Source: Chiloscyllium plagiosum
Taxonomy: Eukaryota
Direction: 5' to 3'
Assembly: GCF_004010195.1 (NCBI RefSeq)
Contig: NC_057718.1
Location: forward strand, 54,374,972 to 54,438,971
Length of the DNA stretch: 64,000 nucleotides
Part shown: positions 63,640-64,000 of the stretch, in pieces
Layout: every line of letters starts with the position of its first letter
How positions within the stretch are numbered: position 1 is the first letter of the stretch
Notes under the pieces: model-generated
Told to the model about the DNA's origin: nothing
The model's database searches: none
What the model saw: only the letters and a program-made list of their open reading frames with translations
Position numbers and translations under genes: made by a program

Positions 63640-64000
63640 TTTGCGAATAGTAACCATAGGTTCCAAAATCATAATAGAAAGAGATAAGGCTGGGGAAAAG
63701 TTTTAGTGTCTAAATTGGGGGAAGCATGATTTCAACATAAGACAGGATCTGGCAAATATAGACTGGGAGCAGCTGTCTGCAAGTAAGTCTACATTTGGAA
63801 AGTGGGAGTCTTTTAAAAGTAGTATAGTGAAAATTCAGATCTAGCGAGGCCCTCTAATAGTTAAGGGCAAGGACAACATTGTTGAAAGAACCCTGGATGC
63901 CAGGGGATAGAGAGTTTGCTAGAGAAACAGAAGGAAGCACATGTCAGATAAAGTGCATTAAAACAAGAGAGGCCCTTCACAAGTACAGGGAGTGCAGGAG
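63640..64000 (+). mobile_element. Degenerate CR1 ORF2 internal fragment, runs off the window
   Basis: ctaaattgggggaag...gactgggagcagctg...tgggagtcttttaaaag...gaaccctggatg resembles the plus sense of 26630..26990. Confidence 0.6.

Overview
Eukaryotic (vertebrate) genomic DNA, not prokaryotic. The repeat complement (CR1 LINEs, a V-SINE/HE1-type SINE, Penelope-like elements) points to a cartilaginous fish, probably a shark (inference). The only host gene I can support is the 3' end of ASB3 on the minus strand: exon 62146..62013 spliced in phase to the terminal SOCS-box exon 54462..54251. The rest is repeat-rich intergenic or intronic DNA: many 5'-truncated CR1 copies, one full-length but dead L1 (45024..50733) nested in a CR1, several Penelope-like (GIY-YIG) fragments, and a 6.7-kb array of 35.5 x 188-bp units with a strict 4-mer higher-order period. 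Two things stand out. First, at least four sequence families of minimal hammerhead-ribozyme motifs are carried by Penelope tails and by 90-170 bp non-coding insertions with their own 11-15 bp target-site duplications, often in fold-back form. Second, the 188-bp array is CpG-rich, ATG-free, carries promoter-like and splice-site motifs, and is wedged between two divergent retroelement ends. Repeat boundaries were read by eye and are approximate unless TSDs are given. Most short ORFs in the track are retroelement debris or chance.
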